NCBI GenBank assembly: GCA_965216755.1
Contig: CBDCGL010000011.1
Coordinates: forward strand, 3,040,001 to 3,104,000
Source: Alphaproteobacteria bacterium
GTDB taxonomy: Bacteria; Pseudomonadota; Alphaproteobacteria; UBA7887
Length of the DNA: 64,000 bases
Direction of reading: 5' to 3'
Shown: positions 50,182 through 60,611 of the stretch, in pieces
Position numbering within the stretch: position 1 is the first letter of the stretch
How the letters are laid out: each line of letters begins with the position of its first letter
Program-made: the position numbers and the translations under genes
The notes under the pieces: model-generated
What the model was told of the DNA's origin: nothing
The model's database searches: none
What the model saw: only the letters and a program-made list of their open reading frames with translations

Positions 50182-51564
50182 CTAAGATAGCCGCAGCGCC
50201 TCAATCAGCGTCGCGAATAGGGTCGCGGGCACGTGAATGCCGTCCAAATGCCATTTGTCATTGGCCGACCCAACCTGGTCGGCGGTATCTGGATATGGAT
50301 CCAGGAACACCAGTTGATGGGCGCGCGCAGCCGCACCCAGGGCCGTGTTGAACTGCGCGACCATGTCGCGATGCGTTTGGGCCGGCACCCCTGCACGGTT
50401 GGACTGCGCCGCCGCCGGCGCGGGAATCCCCCATATCATTACCTGGCGCGTCGACGCCGCCAGCGCCGCCGCAACATGGCCGACATGGGCCGCCGCCAAT
50501 TGCTGACAATAAAGGGCCGGATCGACGTCCGGATGGCCACGCAGATAGGGCAATAGCCCTTCGTCCGGGCGGCTGTCGATTTCGCCGAACATCGTGACCA
50601 CTGGTTCGTGCGGCGGTAGACTGCCGACAATATCGGCAAATATGGCGCGCGACGGGTTGGGCGCCGGATTAAGCCGCGGCGCCAAATGCCACACCTTGGC
50701 ACCGATTACCAGATGCGGGACGACCCGCCGGTGGCATCCTTGCAAACGCACCACAGTGTGCGCCGGCGCCAAACAATGGCTGTCGCCAATCACATGCAGC
50801 GGCGCGGTTGTCGCGCTGTCGTAAAGATCGGCGTTGCTGGCCCGAAACGCCAGCAAAGCTGCCAAATAGTCGGGATAACTGAGCGCGCCGGCCAATAGTC
50901 GCCGGTCGCGAGTCGTCACCGCACCAATGCGATCGCGAATGACCTGGCGCCACGCCGTCATGCTGCGTACCAGGTCGTGGTGATCGCGGGCTTGGCGCGG
51001 TTGCGTCCGATCGAGCCAACCTTGGCACAAATCCGGACGATCGCGGACAACGCCGGCGACGGCCGCTGTCATATGGGTCGCCGCGGCTGCCAAAGGATCG
51101 ATATCAACCCGGTTTTGCGCGCGTTCTGCCAAATCGTCCAATTCCGGCCATCTTCGGGCAGCCAGCAGACACTGCGCCGACAGCAGCCAACTGCGCGCAT
51201 CCGTGGCGCCAGCGGCGATGGCGCGGGTCAAATGGTCGCTGGCCGCACCCAAGTCGCCAAGACCAAACAAGGCACTACCCAAACCGCTGGCGGCCGCGAC
51301 CGCGACCGGCGGCCGCAAGCTCGATCGGCCGCAAAGCTCGGCGAATTGGTCGTAGGCCTGGCGGTCACGGCCGTGGTGCCAGGCCAATTCAGCCGTCAGA
51401 ACCTGAAATTGGGGGTCTTCGGCCAGGTCAGGCGCGAGCGCGTCGAGAAAACCCTGCGCACGATCCAGGGCACCATCGGCGATCAGGCGCCTGACCAGGG
51501 GCAAACGCAACCGCCCTGACGCAGCGACCGTGTTTGGTGTCACCACGGCACCGACATCGCACAT
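50182..51564 (-). CDS. TPR-repeat protein with SGNH-hydrolase-like C-terminal domain
   Basis: Helical Ala/Leu repeats, then IGDSH, FGEIDSR, DGIHV; start uncertain. Confidence 0.6.
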   Translation of the reverse strand: MCDVGAVVTPNTVAASGRLRLPLVRRLIADGALDRAQGFLDALAPDLAEDPQFQVLTAELAWHHGRDRQAYDQFAELCGRSSLRPPVAVAAASGLGSALFGLGDLGAASDHLTRAIAAGATDARSWLLSAQCLLAARRWPELDDLAERAQNRVDIDPLAAAATHMTAAVAGVVRDRPDLCQGWLDRTQPRQARDHHDLVRSMTAWRQVIRDRIGAVTTRDRRLLAGALSYPDYLAALLAFRASNADLYDSATTAPLHVIGDSHCLAPAHTVVRLQGCHRRVVPHLVIGAKVWHLAPRLNPAPNPSRAIFADIVGSLPPHEPVVTMFGEIDSRPDEGLLPYLRGHPDVDPALYCQQLAAAHVGHVAAALAASTRQVMIWGIPAPAAAQSNRAGVPAQTHRDMVAQFNTALGAAARAHQLVFLDPYPDTADQVGSANDKWHLDGIHVPATLFATLIEALRLS

Positions 51565-51583
51565 GCCAGCCGACCTCGACCCA

Positions 51584-53278
51584 TCAGGCCGGCAGCCTGA
51601 CCGCAAAACAAGCGCCCTGGGTCGGCTCTTGAGGTCCGGCGCCGGGAATATTCTTCGCCTCGATCGTGCCGCCATGGGCGACCACGATCTGACGCGAGAT
51701 GCTCAATCCCAAACCGGAATGGGTGCCAAAAGCCTCTGAAGCAGGACGATGGGTATAGAAGCGGTCGAAAATCGCCTCGGTCTTTTCCACGGGTAAGCCG
51801 GGACCACGATCCTCGACCAAGACCTCGGCCATAGCGCCGTCCCGGCGCAGGTTGACCGTGATCACCTCTCCGGGCGGGCTAAAACTCACTGCATTTTCGA
51901 TCAAATTGCGAAACACCTGGACCAAGCGTGGTTCGACCCCGGGTACGACCACATGATCATCGCGATCGGTTACCAAAGTGATATGCGGGTCGTCGAGATT
52001 GCGCGTCGATTCGTGCATGTCAACCAGAGCGGTCAACATTTCAGTCAAGTTGACCGGACCGGTCTCGGCACGCGCCAGTTCCGCATCGACCCGCGACGCG
52101 GCCGCGATATCGGTGATCAACCGGTCCATACGTTGAACATCCTGGGCCAGTATCGCCATCAGCCGATTCTGGGTCTCGGCATCATCAATGCGATTTATGG
52201 TCTCGACCGCGCTGCGCAGGCTCGATAGCGGGTTTTTCAGTTCGTGGGCAACGTCGGCGGCAAATCCTTCGATAGCCCCCAAGCGTTCCTGCAGGGCGGT
52301 CGTCATGCGTCGCAGGGCAACGCTGAGTTCGCCGATCTCATCATGGCGGCGGCTAAGATCCGGGATCTCGCCATCGTGACGCGTGCCACGGGTCACGGCC
52401 TCGGCGGCCGTCGCCAGCTGGCGGATCGGCCGCGCGATCGTGCCAGCCAGATAGATCGACAACAGAAAAGTGACGCCGAAGGCGACCAGCGACAACTGCA
52501 GGATCGCGGCCTGGGCGTTGCGCACACTGGCGACGATGTCTTGGGTGCCCGAGGCGAGCATCAGGCCGCCGACGATGCGCTTGAAACGCTGCACCGGTAC
52601 CGCCACGCTGAGCACGCTTTCGCCTTCGGGCGTGACCCGATGGGCCGTGGCGCGTTCGCCGGCCAGCGCCCGCAGCACCTCTCCATAATCATCCGCTTCC
52701 TGGCGCGATGTTTCGACATAGAGCGGCAGATCGTAGCGAAACAGCCGGGTGATGCGCCGATAGACGAACTCGAAGGCCGCACTCACCGGTCCGGCGCTGG
52801 GCGGCGGCAATTCCCTAAGCAGCACCTCGGCGCCGCCCGCCGCCAGCAAACGCGTATCCACCATCAGACGGCCGTAATTGTCGAACAAACGGGCGCGGGC
52901 ATTGATCGGCGCCGCCAGACGCTTGAGCAGGATGCTGGCGAGAACCGGTTCCATCGCTTGGGGCATGGCCGGATCGGGTGGCACGACGCTTTCTCCGAGC
53001 GCCGCCGCGATCACCTCGCCTTGTGTGGTCAGCGCCTTAAGGCGTTCTTGAATCAGACCTTTTTCATAGTCGTTGAGATAAAGAATTCCACCGGCGACAA
53101 TCGCCAGGGCGACAATGTTGACGGCCAAGATGCGCCTGGTGAGCGACGACATCGGCCCCCGGCGCACGGCGCGCGAGCGGCGCAGCCGGCGCAAAGCGCG
53201 TGCTTTTTGGTGCCGCGGCTTCAGTCGGCGCGGCGGCCGCGCCAAACGCCCATTATGACTCTCGGAACCGGTAACCAA
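51584..53278 (-). CDS. chvG: Sensor histidine kinase ChvG/ExoS
   Basis: [54 protein letters not shown]; start either TTG 53278 or ATG 53152. Confidence 0.92.
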   Translation of the reverse strand: MVTGSESHNGRLARPPRRLKPRHQKARALRRLRRSRAVRRGPMSSLTRRILAVNIVALAIVAGGILYLNDYEKGLIQERLKALTTQGEVIAAALGESVVPPDPAMPQAMEPVLASILLKRLAAPINARARLFDNYGRLMVDTRLLAAGGAEVLLRELPPPSAGPVSAAFEFVYRRITRLFRYDLPLYVETSRQEADDYGEVLRALAGERATAHRVTPEGESVLSVAVPVQRFKRIVGGLMLASGTQDIVASVRNAQAAILQLSLVAFGVTFLLSIYLAGTIARPIRQLATAAEAVTRGTRHDGEIPDLSRRHDEIGELSVALRRMTTALQERLGAIEGFAADVAHELKNPLSSLRSAVETINRIDDAETQNRLMAILAQDVQRMDRLITDIAAASRVDAELARAETGPVNLTEMLTALVDMHESTRNLDDPHITLVTDRDDHVVVPGVEPRLVQVFRNLIENAVSFSPPGEVITVNLRRDGAMAEVLVEDRGPGLPVEKTEAIFDRFYTHRPASEAFGTHSGLGLSISRQIVVAHGGTIEAKNIPGAGPQEPTQGACFAVRLPA

Positions 53279-53963
53279 TGCCGTACAACGTGTCAATCTG
53301 CGCGAAGCCGCCGTCGACATCGCGGAACTTCTTGCGCATGCGTTTAATGTGGCTGTCGATGGTGCGGTCATCCACATAAACGTCGTCTGAATAGGCCGCG
53401 TCCATCAACTGGTCGCGCGTTTTGACGTGACCTGGCCGGCTGGCCAGGGCCTGCAAGATCAGGAATTCGGTCACGGTCAGCGAGACCGGCTCATCGCGCC
53501 AGGTGCACAGATGACGCTCAGGATCCAGAATCAGTGGGCCGCGTTCGATCACCTCGCGTGGCGCTTCGCCCGATTCATCGTCGGCGCGCGCCAATTCTGC
53601 GCGGCGCAGCACCGCACGCACCCGTTCGATCAGCAAGCGCACCGAGAACGGCTTGGTGATGTAATCGTCGGCGCCCATTTTCAGACCGAGGATTTCGTCG
53701 AGTTCGTCGTCCTTCGACGTCAAAAAGATCACCGGTAACTGGCTTTCCCGGCGCAAGCGGGCGAGCAATTCCATACCGTCCATGCGCGGCATCTTGATGT
53801 CCAGCACCGCCAGATCCAGCGCGCTTTGCCCGATGGCCTTCAAAGCATCCTCGCCATTGGTAAATGTCTTGGTCTCGAAACCTTCGGATTCGAGCGCGAT
53901 CGAGACCGACGTCAAGATGTTCTGGTCGTCGTCGACGACCGCGATCACCGGTTGTTTCGCCAT
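53253..53963 (-). CDS. chvI: Response regulator ChvI
   Basis: [38 protein letters not shown]. Confidence 0.95.
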   Translation of the reverse strand: MAKQPVIAVVDDDQNILTSVSIALESEGFETKTFTNGEDALKAIGQSALDLAVLDIKMPRMDGMELLARLRRESQLPVIFLTSKDDELDEILGLKMGADDYITKPFSVRLLIERVRAVLRRAELARADDESGEAPREVIERGPLILDPERHLCTWRDEPVSLTVTEFLILQALASRPGHVKTRDQLMDAAYSDDVYVDDRTIDSHIKRMRKKFRDVDGGFAQIDTLYGIGYRFRES

Positions 53964-54146
53964 GGCAATCTCGTCATATCGTTGGCGACCGAGGGCCGCA
54001 TGATGGCGCGGCTTGGTCTTGCCCGCCGGTTTTACCTCATATGGGCGTAAAGCTTGAGATTTTCATGCGTTTGGTCGGCGCGCACAGAGCGGCGTTCGAC
54101 CGACGCCGCGACACGACCGACTTGCGCGCCACGGTCCTTCGTGTAT

Positions 54147-54165
54147 TGTATACTGTATACAGTAT
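54147..54165. promoter_or_regulatory. Palindromic GntR-type operator
   Basis: Overlapping palindromes tgtatactgtataca and atactgtatacagtat about 20 bp upstream of the GntR start. Confidence 0.65.
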
Positions 54166-54184
54166 TCATTCATGATGTTGTCGT

Positions 54185-54886
54185 ATGCGGACTTTGTCGC
54201 TTTATCCGCGTCTGGTCGAACAGGCCTATGGCGAGATCCTTGAGGCAATCTGCGCGGGGCGGTTGCCTCCGGGCGCGGCCTTGGCCCAAGAGCGGCTGGC
54301 CGCACAGCTCGATGTATCCCGTCAGCCGATCGGCCAGGCACTGGCGCTGCTAAAGGCGCAGGGATTTGTCAGCGATCGCGGGCGCCGGGGCCTGATGGTA
54401 GCGCCGATCGACGCCGACTTCGCCGTTGCCCTATACGAATTTCGCAGTGCCGTCGACGGTTTGGCGGCGCGCAAAGCGGCGTTTGGTCGGGCCGATGTCG
54501 GTGTCGCGCGGTCGATCCTGAGCCGCGGCCGGGTGGCGGCCGACGCCGGCTCCATCGATGGCCTGATCACCGCCGACATGGATTTTCACGCCTGCATTTA
54601 CAGCTTGGCTGGAAACCAGATCCTGCGCGAAAGTATGACCCAACACTGGCATCACATTCGGCGCTTGATGCGGGCGATACTGACCATCGACGGCGATTGG
54701 CCGACGCGGGTTTGGGATGAGCATCAGACCATCGTCGAGACCATCGCGGCTGGCGATGAAATCCGCGCCGAAAGGCTGGCGCGTCGCCATGTCAATGCCG
54801 CGGCAGACGCCCTGCGCCGGCGCATTGTCGGCACTGCCGCCAACAGCGCGCCCCCTTTTGACAACGCCCGCGAGTTCGTCCCATGA
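54185..54886 (+). CDS. GntR (FCD) family transcriptional regulator
   Basis: [39 protein letters not shown] motifs. Confidence 0.92.
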   Translation: MRTLSLYPRLVEQAYGEILEAICAGRLPPGAALAQERLAAQLDVSRQPIGQALALLKAQGFVSDRGRRGLMVAPIDADFAVALYEFRSAVDGLAARKAAFGRADVGVARSILSRGRVAADAGSIDGLITADMDFHACIYSLAGNQILRESMTQHWHHIRRLMRAILTIDGDWPTRVWDEHQTIVETIAAGDEIRAERLARRHVNAAADALRRRIVGTAANSAPPFDNAREFVP

Positions 54887-55290
54887 CCGAGATCATCCGT
54901 GTCCTGATTGCCAAAGTTGGTCTGGACGGCCATGACCGTGGTGTCAAAATTGTTGCCCGCTACCTGCGTGATGCCGGCATGGATGTGATTTACACCGGCC
55001 TCCATCGCACGCCGGAAGAAGTGGTCAGTGCCGCCGTGCAAGAGGATGTCGATGTGCTCGGCATCAGTATTTTGTCCGGCGCCCACATGACCGTTTTTCC
55101 CAAAGTCATCGATCTGCTCAAGGCCGCTGGGGCCGATGACATTCTATTGGTCGGCGGCGGCGTCATGCCCGACGACGATGTGGCGGCGCTGAAGGCCCAA
55201 GGCGTCGCCGCGATTTTGCTGCAGGATACGCCGCCGGATGACATCGTCGCGACCATCCGCGACCTGGTCATGGCGCGCGGTCCACGCTAG
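54883..55290 (+). CDS. hcmB: 2-hydroxyisobutyryl-CoA mutase small (B12-binding) subunit
   Basis: [11 protein letters not shown]12 motif; LLQDTPP C-terminus resembles HcmB as recalled; operon context. Confidence 0.85.
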   Translation: MTEIIRVLIAKVGLDGHDRGVKIVARYLRDAGMDVIYTGLHRTPEEVVSAAVQEDVDVLGISILSGAHMTVFPKVIDLLKAAGADDILLVGGGVMPDDDVAALKAQGVAAILLQDTPPDDIVATIRDLVMARGPR

Positions 55291-55300
55291 GAGATCCTTT

Positions 55301-56725
55301 ATGGAATTTTGGCAGTTTCCAACGCGCTACGACATGGCGTATCGCCCGGACCCCAAGAGCCGCTATTGGTTTCCCGAACGCGAAACCATGTCAGCCGACG
55401 AACGCGACGCGGCGATTGTCGTGCGGCTGCGCGAGGTGATGACGTACGCCTATGACCATTCACCATTTTATCGCAACCATTGGGATCAGGCCGGTATTCA
55501 CCCGGATCACATAACGTCGCTCGAGGCATTCGAGCGGGTGCCCGTGGTGACCAAACAAGACCTGCGCGCGGCCCAAGAGCGGACACCGCCGTTTGGCGAC
55601 TATCTGTGCATACCGAAGGACCAAGTGCATCATATCCACGGCACGTCGGGCACCACCGGACGGCCGACAGCATTCGGCATCAGCCGTGACGATTGGCAGA
55701 CCATCGGCGCCAACCAGGCACGTATCTTGTGGGGCATGGGTCTGCGCCCAGGTGATACGGTCTTTGTGGCGGCAATCTTTAGCCTCTATCTCGGCTCGTG
55801 GGGCGCGATGTTGGGCGCCGAACAATTGGGCGCGACATCATTTCCCTTTGGTGCCGGCGCCAGTGGCATGACCGCGCGAGCGGCCGCCTGGTTGGCCGGG
55901 ATCAAGCCGCAAGGTTTTTACAGCACACCTTCCTATGCCTTGCATTTGGCGGACGTCGCCCGTGAAGAAGGCTTTGATCCACGCGACTTCGGACTGAACG
56001 TGATGTTTTTTTCCGGTGAACCGGGCGCCTCCATCCCGGGCATCCGCGGTCGTATCGAAGACGCTTATGGCGCGACCGTATTCGATTGCGGCACCATGGC
56101 CGAAATGACCCCGTTCATGAGTGCCGCCGGCACCGCTCAATCGCACCACGGCATGCTGCTGTGGCAAGACATGGTCTATCACGAAGTGTGTGATCCGCAA
56201 TCTTTCCAAAGAGTGCCGTATGGGCAGCAAGGCACGCCGGTTTACACCCATCTTGAGCGCACCTCGCAACCGATGATCCGTTTGGCTTCTGGCGACTTGA
56301 CCCATTGGGTCAACGAACCAACCCCCTGTGGGCGCACCTATCCGTCGCTGCCTGATGGGGTCTATGGCCGCATTGACGATATGTTTCAAATTCGCGGCGA
56401 AAACATTTATCCGTCGGAAATCGACAAAGTGTTGAACATGTCAGCAGATTATGGCGGCGAGCATCGGATTGTGGTCAGCCGCGATGGCGCCATGGACGAG
56501 CTGTTGGTCCAGGTCGAAGCGGCCCCACATGTGTTCGCGCAAGGCGACGCGGCGGTCGGACAATTCGGCGACAATATGAGCCGCGCGCTGCATCGGACCT
56601 TGGGTGTGCGGGCACGGGTCGACGTATTGGCAGCGAATAGTTTGCCGCGCACCGACTTTAAGGCGCGCCGGGTCGTCGACGATCGGGATTTGTTTCGCAG
56701 CCTGCGCGCCCGGCAAGGCGCCTGA
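55301..56725 (+). CDS. hcl: 2-hydroxyisobutyrate-CoA ligase (PaaK-like)
   Basis: HGTSGTTGRP, SGEPGAS, GRIDDM..IRGENIYPSEI; SRYWFP.RETM N-terminus resembles HCL as recalled. Confidence 0.8.
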   Translation: MEFWQFPTRYDMAYRPDPKSRYWFPERETMSADERDAAIVVRLREVMTYAYDHSPFYRNHWDQAGIHPDHITSLEAFERVPVVTKQDLRAAQERTPPFGDYLCIPKDQVHHIHGTSGTTGRPTAFGISRDDWQTIGANQARILWGMGLRPGDTVFVAAIFSLYLGSWGAMLGAEQLGATSFPFGAGASGMTARAAAWLAGIKPQGFYSTPSYALHLADVAREEGFDPRDFGLNVMFFSGEPGASIPGIRGRIEDAYGATVFDCGTMAEMTPFMSAAGTAQSHHGMLLWQDMVYHEVCDPQSFQRVPYGQQGTPVYTHLERTSQPMIRLASGDLTHWVNEPTPCGRTYPSLPDGVYGRIDDMFQIRGENIYPSEIDKVLNMSADYGGEHRIVVSRDGAMDELLVQVEAAPHVFAQGDAAVGQFGDNMSRALHRTLGVRARVDVLAANSLPRTDFKARRVVDDRDLFRSLRARQGA

Positions 56726-56731
56726 CTGATT

Positions 56732-57715
56732 GTGGCCCACGATCCCTCCGCCGGGCCGCCCGACGCCGATTTGCACGCCGCCGTCTTGGCCGGCAATATG
56801 CGCGCCATCGCGCGTCTGATCAGTCGCGCCGAATCCGGTGACGCTGCCGCCCGACCGGTGTTGGCGGCGCTTTATGGCGAGACCGGTCGCGCGCATATTG
56901 TTGGCGTCACCGGCGTGCCCGGCAGCGGCAAATCGTCGCTGGTACAGCAATTGGTGCATGCCTTGCGTTCCGACGGCCGCACGGTCGGGGTGCTGGCGGT
57001 GGACCCATCGAGTCCTTTCAGCGGCGGTTCTGTATTGGGCGATCGCATTCGGATGACCGAACATGCCGGCGACCCAGGCGTTTTTATTCGCAGCATGGCG
57101 ACCCGCGGCGCGTTGGGCGGTTTGGCGCGCGCTGCAATGGACGCAGTCGACGTCATGGATGCCGGCGGCTTTGACACGATCATTATCGAGACCGTTGGCG
57201 CCGGCCAAGACGAAGTCGATATTGTGCGCGCCGCACATACCACCGTGGTGGTCTCGGCACCTGGCTTGGGCGACGACATACAAGCGATCAAAGCCGGCAT
57301 TTTGGAGATTGCGGATATTCACGTGGTCAGCAAGTGCGACCGTTCCGATGCCAATAAAACCATTGTTGACCTTAAGGCCATGCTGGCGTTGAGCTTGGTC
57401 CTAGATTCGCGCGACCCATGGGCGACTCCGGTGGTGCCGACCAGCGCCGAAACCGGCGAAGGAATTGCCGACTTGCGCGAGACCATTGCGCGCCATCACG
57501 GTTACCTGATCGAAAGCGGCACGATCGCCGACCGCCGCCACGCCATCGCCGAAGCGCGGACTCTCAAGATCGCCGAAGACCTGGTGCGCCGACGACTGCT
57601 TGGCTCAACCGATGACCGCGCCCGAGATCTGGTGGCGCAAGTTGCCGCGCGCACCATCGATCCACACCACGCCGCGGCGCTATTGCTTGAACGTTTGTCC
57701 GAGGTATGCCCATGA
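56732..57715 (+). CDS. meaH: MeaB/MeaH G-protein chaperone of the B12 mutase
   Basis: GVPGSGKS, AVDPSSPFSGGS.LGDRIRM, ETVGAGQ, QAIKAG. Confidence 0.9.
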   Translation: MAHDPSAGPPDADLHAAVLAGNMRAIARLISRAESGDAAARPVLAALYGETGRAHIVGVTGVPGSGKSSLVQQLVHALRSDGRTVGVLAVDPSSPFSGGSVLGDRIRMTEHAGDPGVFIRSMATRGALGGLARAAMDAVDVMDAGGFDTIIIETVGAGQDEVDIVRAAHTTVVVSAPGLGDDIQAIKAGILEIADIHVVSKCDRSDANKTIVDLKAMLALSLVLDSRDPWATPVVPTSAETGEGIADLRETIARHHGYLIESGTIADRRHAIAEARTLKIAEDLVRRRLLGSTDDRARDLVAQVAARTIDPHHAAALLLERLSEVCP

Positions 57716-59412
57716 GCACCGACGAAACTGCGGCGACAAACGCGTCCTCTCCCTCGCTGTCGGAGACCCTCGCCACTTGGGAAAAGGACGTTGTCGCACC
57801 ATTCATCGCGCGCCAGCCGGAAACACAAGCTGACTATCGGACCGCGTCGGGCTTACCACTGCAGAGGACCTATACCGCATTGGATGCGGGTACAGCGCCA
57901 CCCGAGGATATCGGCCTGCCCGGCAGCTATCCGTTCACGCGCGGGCCCTATCCGACCATGTACCGCGCGCGCCCCTGGACCATGCGCCAGATCGCCGGCT
58001 TCGGCACCGGCGCCGACACCAATCGGCGCTTCAAATATCTGCTCGAACAGGGGCAAACCGGCCTGTCGACCGATTTCGATATGCCGACCTTGATGGGCTA
58101 TGACTCGGACAATCCGATGAGCGACGGCGAGGTCGGCCGCGAGGGCGTGGCCGTCGATACCATCGACGACATGGAAGCGCTGTTCGACGGCATCGACCTG
58201 ACCAAGATTTCAGTGTCGATGACGATCAATCCCAGCGCTTGGATTGTCTACGCCATGTTTATCGCGCTGGCGCGCCGGCGCGGCGACGACCTCCATGCCC
58301 TTTCGGGCACTATTCAAGCCGATATTCTGAAGGAATACATCGCGCAGAAAGAGTGGATCTATCCGGTTCGGCCGTCTGTGCGGCTGGTGCGCGACTGCGT
58401 CGCTTTTGGCGCCGCGCACATGCGGCGCTTTAATCCGCTCAATATATCCGGCTACCACATGTCCGAAGCCGGCGCGACCGCCGTGCAAGAAGCCGCGTTC
58501 ACCATCGCCAACACCATCGCCTATGTGGAAGAACTGTCGCGCGCCGGCTTGCACGTCGACGATTATGCACCGCGGTTGTCGTTCTTCTTTGTTGCTCAGG
58601 CGGATTTCTTTGAAGAGATCGCCAAATTCCGCGCCGTGCGTCGGGTTTATGCCAAGGTCATGAAAGAGCGATTCGGCGCCACCAAACCGGAAGCCATGCG
58701 GATGCGCTTTCATACCCAGACCGCGGCCGCCACATTGACCAAGCCGCAATATCAGATCAATGTGGTGCGCACGGCTTTGCAGGCCCTGGCGGCGATATTG
58801 GGCGGCACCCAAAGTCTGCATACCAATGGCATGGACGAGGCGTTCACGATTCCCACCGAAGAGGCGATGAAAATCGCGTTGCGCACCCAACAGATCATTG
58901 CTGATGAAACCAATGTGACATCGGTGGTCGACCCGCTCGGCGGATCCTATTTTGTTGAAAGCCTGACGACAAAGATGGAACAGGAAATCTTCGCAATTTT
59001 GGACAAGGTCGACGACATGGGCGGCACCATCCAAGCGATCGAAGACGGTTGGTTCCAGCGCCAAATCGCCGATTCGGCGTATCGCTTCGCGCTCGACAAG
59101 GCGCGCGGGGAACGGCCGGTTCTGGGCGTCAACAAATATGTCGAACCGGATGACATACCGGCGATCGAAACCCACCCGTATGATCCGAACACCCAGCAGC
59201 GCCAAATCCAAAATCTTCACCGGGTGCGGGCGCGCCGCGACAATGACCTGGTCGAACGTCTGCTTGATGAACTGGAAGCCACGGCGCGCGATGAGAGCGC
59301 GAATCTGATGCCGATCACCATCGATTTGGTCGACGCGCGGGCCTCCATGGGCGAGATTGTCGAACGCTTGCGCGGCCTGTGGGGCAGCTATCGCGAACAA
59401 CCGGTAATTTAG
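57712..59412 (+). CDS. hcmA: 2-hydroxyisobutyryl-CoA mutase large subunit
   Basis: WTMRQIAGF (Ile where MCM has Tyr and ICM has Phe) and STDFDMPTLMGYDSD; QSLHTN, ALRTQQI. Confidence 0.88.
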   Translation: MSTDETAATNASSPSLSETLATWEKDVVAPFIARQPETQADYRTASGLPLQRTYTALDAGTAPPEDIGLPGSYPFTRGPYPTMYRARPWTMRQIAGFGTGADTNRRFKYLLEQGQTGLSTDFDMPTLMGYDSDNPMSDGEVGREGVAVDTIDDMEALFDGIDLTKISVSMTINPSAWIVYAMFIALARRRGDDLHALSGTIQADILKEYIAQKEWIYPVRPSVRLVRDCVAFGAAHMRRFNPLNISGYHMSEAGATAVQEAAFTIANTIAYVEELSRAGLHVDDYAPRLSFFFVAQADFFEEIAKFRAVRRVYAKVMKERFGATKPEAMRMRFHTQTAAATLTKPQYQINVVRTALQALAAILGGTQSLHTNGMDEAFTIPTEEAMKIALRTQQIIADETNVTSVVDPLGGSYFVESLTTKMEQEIFAILDKVDDMGGTIQAIEDGWFQRQIADSAYRFALDKARGERPVLGVNKYVEPDDIPAIETHPYDPNTQQRQIQNLHRVRARRDNDLVERLLDELEATARDESANLMPITIDLVDARASMGEIVERLRGLWGSYREQPVI

Positions 59413-59417
59413 TCCGC

Positions 59418-60500
59418 ATGACCGCCGGCCTGCTCCTTCCCTATCTCGAGTCCCGCCCCCATGTGGGCGACGCCGCGCGCGGCCCGAGTTCGGCGGTGAT
59501 CGGCCGCGTGAGCCTCGGCCGCGGGGTGTCGCTCGGGGCGCTCGCGACGTTGCGCGCCGACGGCCATGACATCACCGTCGGCGACGACTGCATGTTTCTG
59601 GATCGCGCCACGGTGCATATCGCCGACAAGATCTATCCGGCGACCATCGGCCACCGGGTAACGGTCGGCCGCTTCGCCCTGGTCCATGCCTGCCGCGTCG
59701 ATGACGATTGTGTCATTGGCGATGCCGCCGTGATCATGGACAATTCCCACCTCGGCCGCGGCGCGGCCCTGGCCGCTGGCGCCTTGGTGCCGCCCGGCAA
59801 GACCCTTGCGGGTGGCCAGCTCTATGCCGGCAATCCGGCGCGGCCGGTGCGGACACTCAACGCCGATGACTTGGCCGCCTTGCGCCAAGGGTTGATCGCC
59901 GGCGATGGCGGCGAGATCACCTGCCCAGAGGCGCTGCCACCCCTGACCATGGCCCCCTACATTCCGACGGAGCGGGCCAGCCCACCGCTCTACTGGCTGG
60001 ACGAGCGGTTTCCGCGCATCGACCCTTTGGCCTATGTGGCGCCGAGCGCGGTCGTCGCCGGCAATGTGCTGGTTGGCCGCGATGTCAGTATTTGGTTCGC
60101 AACTGTGGTTCGCGCCGACAACGCGCAGATCGCGATCGGGCCGCGTAGCAATATTCAAGACAACACGATTATCGAAACCACCGCCGATCGCGGTTTGGTG
60201 ACCATCGGCTCAGACGTGACCGTCGGCCACAATGTGCGCATGGGCGCGTGTGTCATCGAAGACGAATGTTTGATCGGCATGGGCGCGGAAATGGCCGACG
60301 GCGTGGTGGTCGAACATGGCGCCATTGTCGGCGCGCGGGCATTCGTCGAGTCGGGCACAGTGGTCCGCACCGGCCATGTTTGGGCAGGTCGACCGGCGAA
60401 ACTGTTCCGCGAGGTCAAACCGGCGGAGCGTGCGTTTTTCACCCGCGGCAAAGAGGTGTATGTCGGATACACCCAGAACTACCGCATCCAGGCCGCCTAA
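59418..60500 (+). CDS. Tandem two-domain gamma-carbonic anhydrase-like (left-handed beta-helix) protein
   Basis: Two YrdA/PaaY-like units, each with RAD and G.PA..R motifs. Confidence 0.88.
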   Translation: MTAGLLLPYLESRPHVGDAARGPSSAVIGRVSLGRGVSLGALATLRADGHDITVGDDCMFLDRATVHIADKIYPATIGHRVTVGRFALVHACRVDDDCVIGDAAVIMDNSHLGRGAALAAGALVPPGKTLAGGQLYAGNPARPVRTLNADDLAALRQGLIAGDGGEITCPEALPPLTMAPYIPTERASPPLYWLDERFPRIDPLAYVAPSAVVAGNVLVGRDVSIWFATVVRADNAQIAIGPRSNIQDNTIIETTADRGLVTIGSDVTVGHNVRMGACVIEDECLIGMGAEMADGVVVEHGAIVGARAFVESGTVVRTGHVWAGRPAKLFREVKPAERAFFTRGKEVYVGYTQNYRIQAA

Positions 60501-60512
60501 GCACCTTTCTCT

Positions 60513-60604
60513 AATTCGGTGACAGTTTACTAAATACACCAAATATTGTATGCTGCAGTAATAATATACGAAATATAGTGTATTTAGTAAACTGTCACCG
60601 AATT
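60513..60604. repeat. Dispersed inverted-repeat element, copy 4 (core 60517-60600)
   Basis: Perfect 27-bp inverted repeat aattcggtgacagtttactaaatacac / gtgtatttagtaaactgtcaccgaatt. Confidence 0.95.
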
Positions 60605-60611
60605 CGTAAAC

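Noticed and set aside
57712-59412. Methylmalonyl-CoA or isobutyryl-CoA mutase
   Set aside because: The specificity position is Ile (RQIAGF), not Tyr or Phe.
60513-60604. Repeats as simple rho-independent terminators
   Set aside because: AT-rich arms, a 42-bp interior and no U-tract; near-identical arms at unrelated loci need another explanation, though a termination effect is not excluded.
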